A stretch of 64,000 nucleotides of DNA, from the NCBI RefSeq assembly GCF_009914755.1, contig NC_060940.1. The stretch is one strand, 5' to 3'. This DNA comes from the human T2T-CHM13v2.0 reference genome, Homo sapiens. Made by a program: the position numbers and the translations under genes. Positions 38,561-53,724 of the stretch are shown here, piece by piece (position 1 is the first letter of the stretch; each line of letters opens with the position of its first letter). The notes beneath the pieces are model-generated. The model saw only the letters and a program-made list of their open reading frames with translations, had not been told where the DNA came from and did no database searches.

Positions 38561-40769
38561 ATAACTTAAACTGTATCCTATGTACAATATGAGACTTTTT
38601 TTGCTTGTTTGTTTAAATAGGGAATTAGAGCTAAGGGAAAATAGAAAAAACAAGAGGCCATCAGGCAGAGCTGGAGATACAGAGACAGTGAGTGAGGTGA
38701 AATCTCATTCCAATGGTGGCCTCAGGTGGGCACAGAGATGTGTTTTATGACTGAGGCTTGTCCTATTGATTTTTGTTGGTGGTGTTGAATGACCCTTTGT
38801 TTTAAATTGTTGCTTGAATGGCTGCAGTGCAGAAGAGGCCCCTGTGGCATCACTCCCTTGGCTAGCCCCCCTGGGTGGGAAATGCTTACATATATATATA
38901 TCTTTCCTAAGGGGGCTGGAATTGGAAAAAAAAAAAAAAGAGGCAGGATTATAGGTGATAGTGTGGACTGGGGGCACATAAACAGTGTAACAGTGACCCC
39001 CAGCCTCATGGCTCACCTTCCAAAAGTCAGTATTGATTGAGCAACTAATTAGCTGTGTATTTCCTGTGCTCAGAATCAGAGATTTTCCCTTTGTTGGGTG
39101 GCAACTGTAATCTGGTCGAGAGGAAGGCTTTTCAGGGGCTCTCTGTTCCCACAGAACTCCAGAGTGGCCTCATTTCACACTTCTTGGGAACTAGTTTTTC
39201 GAGTGACAGATTGATTGGTGTATGGGTGGTTACCAAAAAAGATTCTATTTTATTAGCTGTTTGTCTTGCAGAGTGAAATAGTTTTTTTAAACTTTATCAA
39301 AACGTCATCATCTCCAGGGTTTAAAGCGTGCCCTCTGGCTTTGAGGGAAGATCTCAGTCCCATAGCCGTCATGTCCCAGTTCACCTCAAGCCATTGAGCA
39401 ATGAGCCTGAGACGGGGCAGGTGAGCTCAGGCCTGTGGCCGCCCTAGCCTGGGCCCACTTAAGGGGTGACCCTGAGTGGCAGCTAGCTGAGCACCAAGGT
39501 GACAGACAGCTCTAAATTTCATCCCGGTGCCTAAACTGTCTTAAAAAAATACATCAAGGGAAAAGTAAAATCTAGACATTCCTATACATGAGAGACTATG
39601 TGTATAGGTAATGTTGCTTTTCTGTTTGAGAAGGAAATAGAAAACATTTCACTTACTCTTTTTTTTAAATTAAAAATGAGGAATATATCAAACAATAAAA
39701 AAGATCTTGGTTTCCTATTGTGGCAGTTAAAGAAGAGAGAAAAACAGACTGAAAGTTGTTGAGGGAAGGCAGGGAGCAGAGTCCTGTCCCAGGGGTGCCT
39801 CAACTCAGTGTGCCTGGCCTGGGCGGCCCAGCCCTGCCCTTCCAGCCTCAGCGGGTGTAGCCCCTAGTTGTCTACTCTGTCCTTGGCCCCTCCCTTAGCC
39901 CCAAGTGTCCTGTCCAGAGTCAAGGCCAATTACTCCTAGTTCTTGAGTCCATTTCTAGTCCCTACTCCCAACCCCTCCGTGGCTGTCACCGCCACCAGGG
40001 CCTCCTCCTGTCTTGCCTGCTTTGAGCCCCTTCCCTCCTAATTGGGCTGAAGCCTGTGATCCCCACCAGCAGCAGCTCTGAGCTCATTCTGCCCTTGTCC
40101 AGCATCTCCAGATCTCCCTCTACCCCCAGGATCGATCCTTCTACCTGGCCTGGCTTGAGGACCCCAGTGACCAGGCCCTGCCCTCCTCAGTCTCGTTTCT
40201 GCCCCTCTTTCTCCCACTGATTTGATGTGATGGCCCCGACCTCTAGCTTTCACTGTTCCTGGGACATACCATGCTCTTTCACGCCTCCATGCCTTTGCAC
40301 ATGCTGTACCCTGTGTCTGGAACACCCTGGTGGTCCACCTGACACCCCTCCTCCAAGGCTCAGCTCTAAAGCTTCCAACCCCCTCCCCTCAGTCTCACAC
40401 CCTGGGGCTTTGTACTGGCAGCGTAGAGCCCCCTGAGCTCCAAGCACAGGGCCCAGTCCCTGACAGGCATTCCAGGAACCTCGGTGGAATCAATAAAGTG
40501 ATTTCTAGCCAGGCGGGCATGTCCATCACCAGAAGGTTCGATTCCCTTTGTACACACCAGGGGGCACAGCAGGAGCTGTGAGAAACTGCTCCCAATTGTT
40601 TGAATTATTGCCTCAATGAGGCTACTTTGTGGTAAAACAAAAGAAAACAAAACGAAAATGCAAGATGGAGACTTGAAATTTAAAAGCTGTGTGAACTCAC
40701 GTGTGTGTTGTGAGTGCCTATAGCTTACTGGAATCATCATCTTCATCAACATGATTATATAAAAAATGT

Positions 40770-40960
40770 TTTGGGGTACCCACTGTGTGCCAGGCACTGT
40801 GTTCAGAGCATTCCCTGCACAACGTCTTGTTTCATCCCCTAAGCAGCCTGGGGAGGGTAGGTATTATTGATCCCGTACTCAGAGATGAAAACTGAGGCTT
40901 GGAGGGGCATAAGTGACTTGCTCAGTCACACAGCAGAGGGTGGCACAGATTCTGTGAGCA
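40770..40960 (-). mobile_element. MIR
   Basis: cactgtgtgccaggcactgtg...gatgaaaactgaggctt...aagtgacttgctcagtcacacagc. Confidence 0.75.
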
Positions 40961-43824
40961 AGACTTATCTGCAGCCCCATCCTGGTTAGCATTTTGACCG
41001 ATGGGGCTCTCTAATACACAGGAGGCACCCATAGGTAAGGGAGGAACACCCCAGGGGTTGGGAAGTCTTGCTAGCCACCACCCTTCCCTCTTACCTGCCT
41101 CCTCCTCTGTCCCAGAGGGATTCAAGGTGGATGCTGCCATGATTTGTTCTTAACACTGGAGTGTGAATTCATCCATCAACTGTTGTCCTGGATATCTGAA
41201 TGGTCAGAGAGCTGGTGGGGATTGGGAGGTATAAACCCAGCAGGAACCAGGTAGAGTTCTGCTGTGGGGCTGAGGGATGATGGGGAACACCCCGGTCAAG
41301 CCCATTGTCTCTCCCTGGTGTCCTTCAGCCTTGCGCCCTCCATTTGTTCTCCATACAGAAGCCAGAGTGATCTTTCTAGGTACACACCTGGGTACCCTCC
41401 CCGCTGAGAACTCTTTCATGGCCCCCAGGATAAAATCCATGCCCCACATCTGCCTCCTCTCCTGTCGCACTTCTTGCCAATCCTGTCCTTAGAGCTCTCC
41501 TCTTTCCTTCTTGGTCCCGTTCTCTCTCCGGGAGGGCCTTTCCCTAGCCTGGAATTCCACGCCTTGCTTGGTCAGCTCCTCCTCATCTTCTGGCCTTTTG
41601 CGGGGGCGGGGGGTGGTCTCTTCAGGAAGCCTTCCCCCCTCCCCTGGTGGCAGTGCTTCGTCTTAGGGCCTCCTACAGTGAGCCTCCATTGCTCCTGGCA
41701 CCACCCCAGAGGTGGCCTCTAGAGGGTCTGGGACCTGGGTCACATGTCAAACAGTCTTGGCCACCTGCAGACAGGCAAGGCCAGGGGATGACAACCACAG
41801 GGAGGAATATGCCCCAAAGGCAGCCTTCCAGAGGGAGATGCAGAATCTGGTTCTGGGATGTTGGGGCTTCGTCAGGGAGGGAGGGAGGGAGGGAGTCCAA
41901 GAGGTGGGTGGGCGTCTGGAATGTGCTAGGGCTGTGGCCACCTGGGCCCCTGCTGGAGCTGCAGCTGTGGATGTTCTCAGGGAGAACAGGCAGAGGGAAA
42001 AAGGGGGTCAAGGACAGAAGCTTGGGGCTTATCCCATTTTTGGCTTGGTGAGGAAAGAAGAGCCAAAAAGAGCACTTGGGAAGGGAGGAAGTTCACAGAA
42101 AAGGTGCTTGAAATATAGCGCTGTTTTTATGTAGTTCTCAAATAACCTTACTTTTTCCTTTTTCACTTAGAATAGCTGGAAAAGGAGGGCCCTACGTGGC
42201 AGTCCCCGGGATGAGAAAACCATGTGTCAGAAAGCTGGTGCCGAATCCCTCACACTATTTTTACCTTCCTGACACTACCTCTTTGAGCCCCGAGGAGGAT
42301 CCTGGCCTGAGGTGGCCGAGCTGGAGTCTTCCAGGCTGATGTGGCCAACCTTCACCTTGTTCTCCAGAAACCACCAAAAAGCTGGCGATTCACTTTTCTT
42401 GACCAGAAATAAATGCATCAGACAAGTGTTCTCAAGTAATCTTGAGGGATGTGAACACAAAATTATCCCATAAATTGCTTTTGTTTCCTTTCCTCAGTTC
42501 AAAGTTGGTTTTTGGTTTGCATTAGTTACATTAAAATTGGACAGTAATTCATGCTCTTAAAATAGAATCTCCATGTTCCCAAGTTTAGAAAGAAAAGCCA
42601 CCTAGGAATGAGAAAAACGTGGACCTATGTGAAATGCCATTCCATTAGCCACAGAATCTTTTGTGGGCCTTGGTGGGAGCACCCATCAGGCGGGATCTGT
42701 GGCAGAGCACACCGAAGTGGAGTGTGTCTGTGGTCACTTTTCATTCTGTTCCCCGCTCCAGGTCAAGGAAGCCTTTGACATCGTGGCCAGGAGCTCTGGG
42801 GACTCACTAACCTTTAATTACGTTTCTTATTTAAAATAGTGATAAACAGTCCCTCTGTTGATTCAAACATTTAAAAACACTGAGCCTGTAGTTGTTGGCT
42901 CTGAACAAAGAGAGCAAATCCTCCCGGCCTCCTCAGGCCCGCCCAGCCTCTGCCTACACCTCTGGGTTCTCAGACCCTCATTCAAATGCTGAAGCCAGAA
43001 AATGTCCCTGTGGGTGGGCTTGGGGGGAGGTCACTTCAGGATTCAAAATCAGGACTGGCTAGGCTGTGCAGTGAGGTCCCATTTTCCCCACATGGGGACT
43101 TCTGGCTTCTCCTATTACCTGGCTCCTGCTCTGGGTTCAAGGTGAAGGTCAGGAGGTGAGAAGGAGGAGCCACCTTCTTACCCCCACTGCCCCATGGTCT
43201 GGTGCCCCATAGCATGTCCACTCACCACTGTGCTTCGTTTATGAATGTCAGCCCCTGGTCCCACAGGCCTTGGATGTAAAGAGAACAACTCTGCTGTCCC
43301 CACGCCCCCAGTACATCTGCTGCCTGGAATGGAGGGAAGTAGGGACCCCTTCTAGGCCTGTGGGGTCCCCTTCAAGAGCCAAGTGCCATCCATCCCATCT
43401 TGTGGACACCCACAAAGAAGGAGCCTTGAGGCCCAGGCTCCCTAGAGGCAGCTGATGCAATGTAGGGGCAAGTGGGTGGGGAGGAAGGAAGAATGATGGT
43501 CAGACCCCCCACTGGCCATTCTTCCTGGATGACTTGGAACCCAATCAGCTGCTGCTCGCCTGGACTGCCAGGTTGCCTCGTCCTCATCATTTGGAAGACT
43601 GCAGCAGTGGCCAGGTATGGACTTTGCTTCAGTAGTGATCATGTCCAGAGAGGAGCCCCTTGCTATAAACACAGTACATCAGTGACATCCACGATAAACC
43701 CAAAGCCCTGCCTTGTCTCAGGGCTAAGGCCAAGTTGGCCTGGGCCCAGCTTCTCTCCGTAGCCTCATGCCTCCCCAGGCACCAGTGTGGATGTCACCAC
43801 ACCTCTCCACTCTACTCCATAGCA

Positions 43825-43965
43825 GGGCAGCTACTATTGTAGTCACCATTTTACAGATGAGGAAACTGAGGCCCAGAGGGGTAAAGCATGCTACCAAGAT
43901 CACAGTGGAGGAGCTGGGATTTGAACCCAGGTCTGTCTGACTCTAAAACCAGTGCTGTTCTCAAT
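43825..43965 (-). mobile_element. MIR
   Basis: ccattttacagatgaggaaactgaggcccagag...gggatttgaacccaggtctgtctgactc. Confidence 0.85.
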
Positions 43966-45690
43966 CCATCCTGCCACAGAGCCTCCTAGTCCCACTTCCT
44001 GCCTCTGCCAAGTGGCCTCTAGAAGGAACCACCCTCAAATACGTGTCGGGGGTGATGTGGTCCTGGGTAAGGGTTAAGGGCTTTGTGGAGGTGCTGGAAG
44101 CTGTGAGGTTTCTTGTTGAGTCCAGCCCAGCTCTGCCAGGGTGTCCCCCTGACCTTGCCAGCATGACCCATTTGGGCTGTAATTTTAAACGATAATTATG
44201 GATTAGCTTGGTGACCATCAGGCCCTTCTGCTATATCCCAGGAAATGGACCTAACCCTGTTACAGGGCAAATCAGATATAATCAGCTCCTAATTCAATAT
44301 GGTTGTTCTAAGTCACATTTATCAAGGGACAGAAGCTGGCCCATGGGTTAGACTACAGTAGTGGTTGGATTAGATTCAGACAAGAATCCTCAACTTGCAC
44401 TTTCTGACAGTTTTATAAAAATTAAGTGGAAGAGATGAACTTTTTTAGTACCATATGCTACAAGTACACACACTTGTATGTCCCACACACAGATGGGGGC
44501 ATGTTTCAGACTGGCCATGTGTCCCTGCAGCCTTGATCTGCCATGGTTGTGCCTCTCCAGCCCCGACAAAGGTGCCTAGACACCTGGAACACTGCTCTGT
44601 TCAAAACCAAACCTGAGCAATCACCCAGTGGGCAGGGCCAGTCATACCAGCCCCTTCTGTGGCTGACGACTGTAACTGGGTTCAGGTACATGGCAACTTC
44701 TGGCCAGCTCTGAGTGAGAGAGGATTTCTCTTCTAAGTGGTGGTTTGTGGGATCACAGAGGCCAAACAATAATCAGATTATTGGATGCTTGTGATTGGAT
44801 CTGCTAGTTTTGCGCTGGATTGAACTTTTTTCTCCTGACCCCCACCCCTCACCTTCAGAGCACTGCCAGTGCCACCCTCTGTGAGGTGCTGGCCTCAGAG
44901 CTCAGATAGTGAAACAGAAGTACAGAGTCTTGAATGAACCACCCAGGCCAGCATCAGTGAGTGTCAGAACTGGGACTTGAGCTCCGATTTGTCATGCTCC
45001 AAAGTCTGGGCACTTTCCACAGCATCCCTGCGTCTCACCCCTTTTCTGCCCCAGTCCACCTGAGGGAAACACAGTGGCTGAGGGGAGGGGCATGCCATAT
45101 CCTGTTGCAGGGAGCACTTCAACATGTAGCTGACACATTTGGACTTGATGTCACTGGCACTGGAGGTTTTCTGAGCCAATTTTTTAGGTTTTTGCCACCC
45201 AGCTCAGTGGTGATGCCCAGTAGGGAGTAGAAAATGCAAGACTTGAGTTTGGGCGGTTGGGGTTGGAAGTGGAATTGGGGGTGATAGGGGTATAGGAGGC
45301 AGCAGGGGCTGGGGCGTAAGTGGGATGTTACAGGGGGTGAGTTTGAAGACAGGGCCCTGTCTTTGGAGCATGCTTTAGAGTCAGGGTGGAGGTGGGACAG
45401 GGCATGTCCAAGAATCTCCCTGAATCCTGGCCTTGCCTAAAAGGTAATTATCTGAGATCCCCACACCAATAGCCTGGTTCCAGGAACTTCAATCTTCTTA
45501 TTGCAAGGGGAAGTTTCAGGGCACTGTGCTGGCCAGAACAGGAGAATTTCATAGGTACAAGGCAGGCTGTCATACCAGGTTTTCTGGAAGCCTTCTTAAA
45601 GCACCTAGGACCATATAAATGCCTTCGTCGCAGATCTTTAGAATCCCAGCAAGGCAAACATGCCAAATGGCTAAGAGGACAGCAGCTTCC

Positions 45691-46562
45691 AGTTTATCCT
45701 CACTTGTCATGGCTTTATGTTCAGCTCTCCTTCCCGACTGCCAGCCCAGATGACCAACAGCGACCCCAGGCCCACACCAGACAATTCTCTGAAAACTCAC
45801 AGAGGCGGTAGCCACAAAGAGGCAACAAGGTTCTACAGAATCCTACCCAGGCTTCCTTAGCAGGACCTCCCTGCAAGCTCCGACTCTCCTTCACCCACGC
45901 CACGGCTGGCTAGTGACCTTCCTCTGAGTCACATCTCTCTCCCTTTTAGACTGTCATTTCCCTGGCTCTTCCTACAATTAATAAGGTCTAATTCTTAGAA
46001 TAAATTTCTGATTCCATTATACTTGTAGTATTCTGCCTCCCTGATTGAACCCTGAGTGATACAGCACCTCACCTCTGCAGGCCTCCATTTCTCTCCTCTA
46101 TAAAATGGGGAAGGTATGTGACATACTGCCCTAGGAAGGGGGCTGCATCTGGGTGCTGAGGGCCAGGAGGCAGGGATTGATTCTGTGTGCATATTTGTCA
46201 TAATCTGAGGACAAGCAATAAGCCAGAGTCATGACTCAACTCAGTGTGGCTTTTCATCTTGCACAAGCTGTAGGAGTCCCACAGAGCAGGGCCCACATGA
46301 GGTCAGTGGGTACATTTATGCTGGTGGTGGAAGGCGTGGTGACTCCTTCCAGTGGTCTGTTTGGTAGTGATTTGTTATATAGCATGGTAGGCGCTGTGCC
46401 TGAATGTTCAAGTTTATCCTCATTTGTCATGGCTTTATGTTCAGCACTCCTTCCTGACTGCCAGCCCCGATGACCAACAGCGACCCCAGGCCCACACCAG
46501 ACAATTCTCTGGAAACTCAGAGAGGCGGTAGCCACAAAGAGGCAACAAGGTTCTACGGAATC
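45691..46562 (+). repeat. 152-bp direct repeat pair (45691-45842 and 46411-46562)
   Basis: Ungapped alignment at offset 720 with 7 mismatches by manual count. Confidence 0.95.
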
Positions 46563-46869
46563 AAGGTTCTACAGAATCAAGGTTCAAGGTGACGGCAGGT
46601 CAGTGCCTTTCCTGATTGGATGCTGGAATGCATTCAATAGTTAGGAATTCTTAGGAATGCAACCTCCAACTGGAATGTCACTTCCCTGGAAAACCAGTGT
46701 ATGCTGAATTAGGAGACTTCCAGGAAGACGCTGAGAAGGGCTTGTTGGGCCTGAGATGTGCCTGCTGACTTGCTGGAGGGGAAGCTTCGCTTCTATAATG
46801 ATGATGAGCTAGTCTTGTATGGAGAGTGGATTTGTACACTGTGTCAGGGTGCAGCACAGAGTGTCATGC

Positions 46870-47222
46870 TCCCTCTGGCCCCAGGGCCTTTGTTCCTACA
46901 GTAACGCTCTGATTTTAGATGTGATGTGGCTCCCTCCTTCACTTTGTTCAGGTCCCTGTTTCAAATATCACCCCCTTGGGATAGCTTTCCCTGACCATCC
47001 CGTACAAATAATGCCTCCTGTCACCCTCTATTCCCTTCCCTGCTTCATTTTTCTTTCCAAAACATCACCACTTAACTCATTATGCATTTCTATGTTTTCT
47101 TTCTTCTTCCACTGAAACACGAGCACCCTGAGGACAGGGATTCTGTCTGTTGTGTTCACTGTTGGATCTGTGACACCAAGAACAGTGCCAGGCTCAGAGT
47201 AGATGCCAATACAAATTTGCTA
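46870..47222 (+). mobile_element. L2 3' fragment
   Basis: ccagggcctttg...ctttccctgaccatcc...ccctgaggacagggattctgtctg...aacagtgccaggctcagagtagatg. Confidence 0.7.
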
Positions 47223-47831
47223 CAGGTCAGAACTGACCTCTGCATAAAGACAAGTGACCTGGCCTGGCCTCACCTCTATTTCTGCCTTCATTCATGCCTG
47301 AAAACAACAAATACAGTTTTCCTAGTCCTGGAAGAAGGCTACTTCTTGATGTCAGGAAGGCTGGTTTGACTAATTCAGTACCAAACATGAGTTCTCAATA
47401 TCCAGGGATTTTTATTCTTTTTTTGTAATCATTACTCTTGATCCTGGGATCTGTAACCATTTTAGAAGTGGATTTGATGTGATTAAATTCTTTCCTAGCC
47501 TAATCCTTTATGGAAAACAAAAGTTTTAAATGAAATGAATTAGAATGGATTTGCTGAGGTTTGATTGTTTGCACAATAATTTTACCCCAGCTCATTTCAA
47601 AACCAGGGCTGGGCCTCATGCGTTGAAGAATACCCTGACAAATATTCTGTAATGAAGGGGAACAGTTCCCCACTCTTGCGTGACAGCACTTACTGAGTGC
47701 CTGTGACTAGAGGGGTGACCACACACACAGGAGTCAGAGGGGCCAGCTGTCAGAAAGCCCATGCACATTCTTTTGCAGGAACGCCAGGTCCCAGGGAGGC
47801 TGAGGTGCAGCTGGGATGGTGGGCAGGATGA

Positions 47832-48322
<491 letters not shown>

Positions 48323-49102
48323 TGTTTTCTCTGTTTTATCCTGGAATCTCCATGGGCCTCAGCTTAGCAATTGTGAGGGTGGGTATGCAGGAGGTGGGGT
48401 GTGAGGAGGGGCTGGCAAGCAACCTTTAGAAGCAGGTCTGAAGGGACTTGTCAGGGGTTCCCCAGGTAGGAAATAGGGGTCACCTGTGCCCCCAGCCCAC
48501 CTGCCATTGAGGTGCTAGCCCCCAGAGGCTGTTATCTTTGTATAGATGCTGGGGGCATCAGGACAGCCTGAAACACTGTTTCCAGGAGTACAGCATAGAA
48601 AATAAGTCTTTCCATCCAAATTGGAAATGAAAAGGCCCTGGTACTTGACAGATCTACTCCAGTGACTTGGAACACTGTGTGGGAGACTTGTCCTTGGCAG
48701 CAGTAGAAATGGGGCGGCTCTGAACTTTCTCTCTGTAACCCCAGGCACATGTGTGCAGACTTGCCAGGCCCTGTGGGCCAAGCGGATGTAGGACCTGGCT
48801 CTTATCCGGGCATTTGGTAACTCGAGGAAAATGGACTTTTCCTCTTCTGCTGCTTTTGTTTTTACCTTTGGGGCCTTATCATTTGTGGCATCTGCCCTCT
48901 AGGACCTATAGCTTTTGGGACTGCTGGTAGACACCTATTCTACTAGCAGAGTTTTTTCCCCCAAGGCAGGTGTTTTGATGAGGGCTTGGGTCACAGCCTC
49001 AGGACTCATGGCTGCTCTGTATCTTCCATCCTGCTGGCCTGGACCACACGGTTCCATGACTTTGCCAGATTCCTTGGCAGGTTTCATTAAGAGAGATGCA
49101 CA

Positions 49103-49383
49103 GGCCGGACGTGGTTGCTCACACCTGTAATCCCAGCACTTTGGGAGGCTGAAGCAATCAGATCTCTTGAGCTCAGGAGTTCGAGACCAGCCTGGGCAAC
49201 ATGGCAAAACCCCATCTCTACAAAAAATACAAAAATTAGCCCACGTGGTGGCACACACCCGTGGTCCCAGCTACTTGGGAGGCTGAGGTAGGGGTTGAGC
49301 CCTAGGGGTTGAGGCTGCAGGAAGCCATGATAGTGCCCCTGCACACTTCAGCCTGGGTGACAGAGCAAGACCCTGTCTCAAAA

Positions 49384-49415
<32 letters not shown>
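49103..49415 (+). mobile_element. Alu (AluJ-like)
   Basis: Both arms; A-tail followed by (GAAAA)n. Confidence 0.92.
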
Positions 49416-51331
49416 TACAAAAAGAGAATAATTTTGTCTGGGAGGCCTTGTGTTCTGCCCCCATCATGGGCCTCACTATACTCAGATGAAAATAGTGACT
49501 TCTCGGTGTAAAAGTCTCAGCCTGAAAGTCCTTTTCCTCTTTCAGAAATGTAAGTTAACACAGCTTAGGCCCTGAAGAAATGCCCGCCTGGCCACAGGAT
49601 GGCATGCCACAGTCACTGCCCCTTCACAGTGAAGCCCCCTCCTCACTGGGTACAATTCAGAGACTGATGTGGGTGCATGCACCTCTCAGCTGAGCCTGAT
49701 CCCTGGAGTGGAAATCCAGAGCTGTCGTCCGCCCTTAACCCCAGACTTAGTACCAGCTAACACAGGTGGAGCACATTCCTGATGCTGAACATTGTCAAGC
49801 GGTTTATCTCACTTGATCATCAGCCTTGTCCCCTCTGAGGCACCCTTAGCCCTCCCTGCTTTTGCCCTTGGTCAACAGCAGGGCGGGCAGTTGAACCCCC
49901 AATGGTCTGATGCTACAGCCTATGCCCTTAACCAGTCTGCCAGTCTTTCCCGTGGGGCTGTTTGATGATTCATTTTATTCTATACCCAGAAACAATGAGG
50001 CGTAAACCAGAATAAAAGGGGGCTATCATGATATCACTATTTGCCATTTATCTAAATTAGATAATAAATCACGAAGCTACTTGAAATAATATACACGTCA
50101 ACCTTCTGAACATTTAGTTATCACTTAGTACCATTTGATGGTGTCTGTGGTATAATTAACACTTTCTTATAGAAAATATGATATTTCTGTGAAATAAAAA
50201 AGTGAATGAGAAAATCAATTTAACCTGGCCCTCCTCTTCCTTGGGGATGGGGCAGCAGATCTTGTGGCAGTGGCTGGTTGGGATGGCTGGGGCTAGTGGT
50301 GGATGAGCAGAAGTGTCCAGCCCTCTGAAGGCCAGGATGGTGCCTGGAAAGAGGGAAGCCTGTCGCCCTCGGTAGCGGCAGGTCCAGCTGAGGATTGCTG
50401 CTGAGCCCCAAATAGCTCCGTGTCCATTCATCAGACTCAGCATAATTGGGCATCTGCCACTGGCATCTCCAGATGTTTGCCTTTATCAGACGCCGATGTG
50501 GTTCAGAGTTTTCACTGAGAGCCTCGTAAAAGCTCTAGCTGGTTGGGGACGCCTATTGTTCATTTTATTTGAGTTCTTTATCATGTGCAAAATGTTCCAG
50601 GCACCATTAGGAGACACAAAAGACTCAGAAAACACAGTTTCAGGGGGCGGAAGCTCACCGTAGCGTGGAGGAGACACGGCCACAGACATTTACAAACATT
50701 TGCTGAACACAGTCAGCTGGCAGGAATGAAAAATCCGCTCTCAGCAGCACATCGGGGCATGGGGGTAGGGCAGTAGAGACTGAGGATTTAATGCTTGCCT
50801 GGGGGAATCTTGTAAAATCGGATGGCTGTTCTGGGCTGTTTGCTCATTAATGTGGTCTTTAGATTCCTGCTCAGTAAGATTGGGACGTGGGGCCAGAAAT
50901 AGGGCAGAAGCTTGATCAGGAGAATATTGAAGGGAGACTCGTCTTGCTTGAGGTGAACATTTGAGGGCTGTGTCCAGGCACACTGTAATTACTGCTTAAC
51001 CATAAGTGTAGCTTGGCAAGATGCATGGATTTATACATAGGTTGCTAAGGGCATTTAGGGAAAACCAAACGTAGGCGAGGAGAACTGTCTCCATCAATTT
51101 ATAACATTCATGTCTGAGACAGCATCATGGAAGGGCAGACAACCCTGCTCTTAGGCATAAATTAAAGCTATCCTTCCTGGAAAAGAATAATTTAAATGAT
51201 CAGTAACCTCTTTTGAAAAACTATTTTAAGAGTATTTTTTTGTTTTATGTAATTTAAAATTCCTGATTGGTAGGTATTCAAAATGACATTCAACTTTAAT
51301 GTTTGACTTTTGAGTCTATTGTTGTATTTTT

Positions 51332-51466
51332 AATTTTTAATTTTTTTTAAGAGATGGAGTCTTTGCTATGTTGGCCAAGCTGATCTCAAACTTCAAGCCT
51401 CAAAGGATCCTCCCGTCTCAGCCTCCCAAAGTGATGGGATTACAGGTGTGAGCTACTACAGGAGCC
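51332..51466 (-). mobile_element. Alu monomer (FLAM-like)
   Basis: Single left-arm-type monomer with T-rich tail, flanked by TSD tattgttgtattttt. Confidence 0.8.
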
Positions 51467-53432
51467 TATTGTTGTATTTTTTAAAAATTGTTTTTAATTT
51501 TTATTCTAAAATCTTTATTATCACCTCTTAGAATGTGTAGCATATTGTTGTATTTTTAACCTGTGATCTTAAATGCTTCTTATGCCTTATTGTTTGGGCT
51601 GGTGTGCGAACTCTTAACTTGCTGAGTGTGAAGTTCTGGTATTGATAATATTGTAATACGTGTTTGCCTACTTATAAAAAACAGTGAAAATAAAAGTTTC
51701 TACTGGCAGAGGAAAAATAAGTGTTTAAAAAAGTACTTTCTTTTAAAAATCAACTTCATTTATTTCCCTTTTACCAAAAAAGAATTGGTGAAGCTTATAA
51801 CAAAAGATATAACAGAGAGTTTATTAAGATAGAAATAGGAAATTGGAACCCAGGCAGAAAAGAATACAAATTTTCTAACCACCAATGGCTAATCTTACTT
51901 CTGTGACCAAGCTCCAAATTTATCTTTGAGCTTCCTAGAATCCAAGGAAAAAAGGGAAACATAATTAATTACATAGCCCCAGCTACTAAAATGAACAAAG
52001 TATGCCAATTCATGGATTTTTAAAACATTATTATTATTAAATAAAAGATAATTGCATAAATAAAACTTCAATCTGCAAAGGGAAAATTATTTTCTCAACC
52101 TCATTTCATGGAAAGACAATGAAAAAGCTAGTTAAATTCATTGTAGCCACACATAAAGCTGCCTATGGAATTAATGTGACTACTGTTACCTTTGAGCTAT
52201 GAGGAATATTCTGCCCATATGGGTATTTAATTATTTGTGAATTTATACAAGAGAGTCAGGGGTAACTTCTGGGAAAATGGGGGAGATATTTTAAGAATAT
52301 TTAGAAAAGAAAAGATTGATTTAGAAATTTTTTTGGTGAGAAGTAAAGCCTGGGCAATGCTGACAGACATGCCCACTAAGATCTGGGTGACTCTGGGATG
52401 GCTCCCATTCAATCAGCATATTGCTGAATGAATCATTTCAGGTCAAGGCCAGGGACCTGGACCTAGGCATTTGGCAGTGTCTCGCCTGTCCTTAGGTAGA
52501 GGCTGTGTTCTATTTCTCTGGTCTGCCCAGACAGTGCCTGGTACATTTTGCACATAAATAACTCAACCATGGTTCTGTCTCTCCTGGGTTGAGAACTCCA
52601 GGAGGGCAAAAACACATTCCCAGCATCCCTGAGGTTTCTGCCTGGTACTGGCAGCTGATACCACTACTGCCAGTGTTGGACGATAATAGCTCACAAACTA
52701 AAAACAGGAAAGGTGGGCAGTTATGAAGTGTTGGATGAGTGGGCACAATCCTGAAGTGGGCTTTGCTTTAGAAGGATCTGTTGTGCACCCCCACTCCCCA
52801 CCGCTATGGAGTGCACACCAAGAGGCTCCACCTAGATCGCTGAGGTCTCACAAGGGCCCTGCACTGCAGGTGACTGGGGTGTGTGTGTAGGGAGAGGACC
52901 CTCGCTGACAATGCTGACCTGTCTCTATCTATTCTCCCAGCAGGCTTTAAGGGTGGAATTCCAGCAGGCACTGCATTTTCCCAGCTTTTGTACTCAGTTA
53001 CTCAGAGCTCATTCCTTTGCAGCTCTAAAGCTCTTTTGTGTTTCATCATCTTGCTCGAAACCTTGCCCGGAGGGCTCACTTTGGCCCCAGCAGAGAGTGC
53101 CTTTCCTGAGAGGTGAGGGATGTGGGGAGGGGGTGCAGTGAGGGGAGAGGCATATCTGTAAGCAGGACACACCTGTGGTCATGGCAGAGCAGTGTGAGTC
53201 TTACACGCCTGACTCGGGCTGGGTCTGTGTTGTGGGCAGCAGCTCTAATGCCTGCCAGAGTTGGGATTTGGGTAAGTCAGGTTTCCTCTCTGGGATTCCG
53301 TTTTTCCATCTCTGAAGTGGGCATTTTAACAGTACCTAAATAACACGAGGTGAAGGTGTCATGAGGGTAAACTGCACACAAAATCCTGTCCCAGTGCCCG
53401 ACTCAGATGCACTTGGTGCATGGTCATCATGA

Positions 53433-53724
<292 letters not shown>

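Noticed and set aside
45691-46562. Direct repeat as an LTR pair or CRISPR-like array
   Set aside because: Only two copies, no TG...CA termini, PBS or PPT, no spacer periodicity, and the DNA is eukaryotic.
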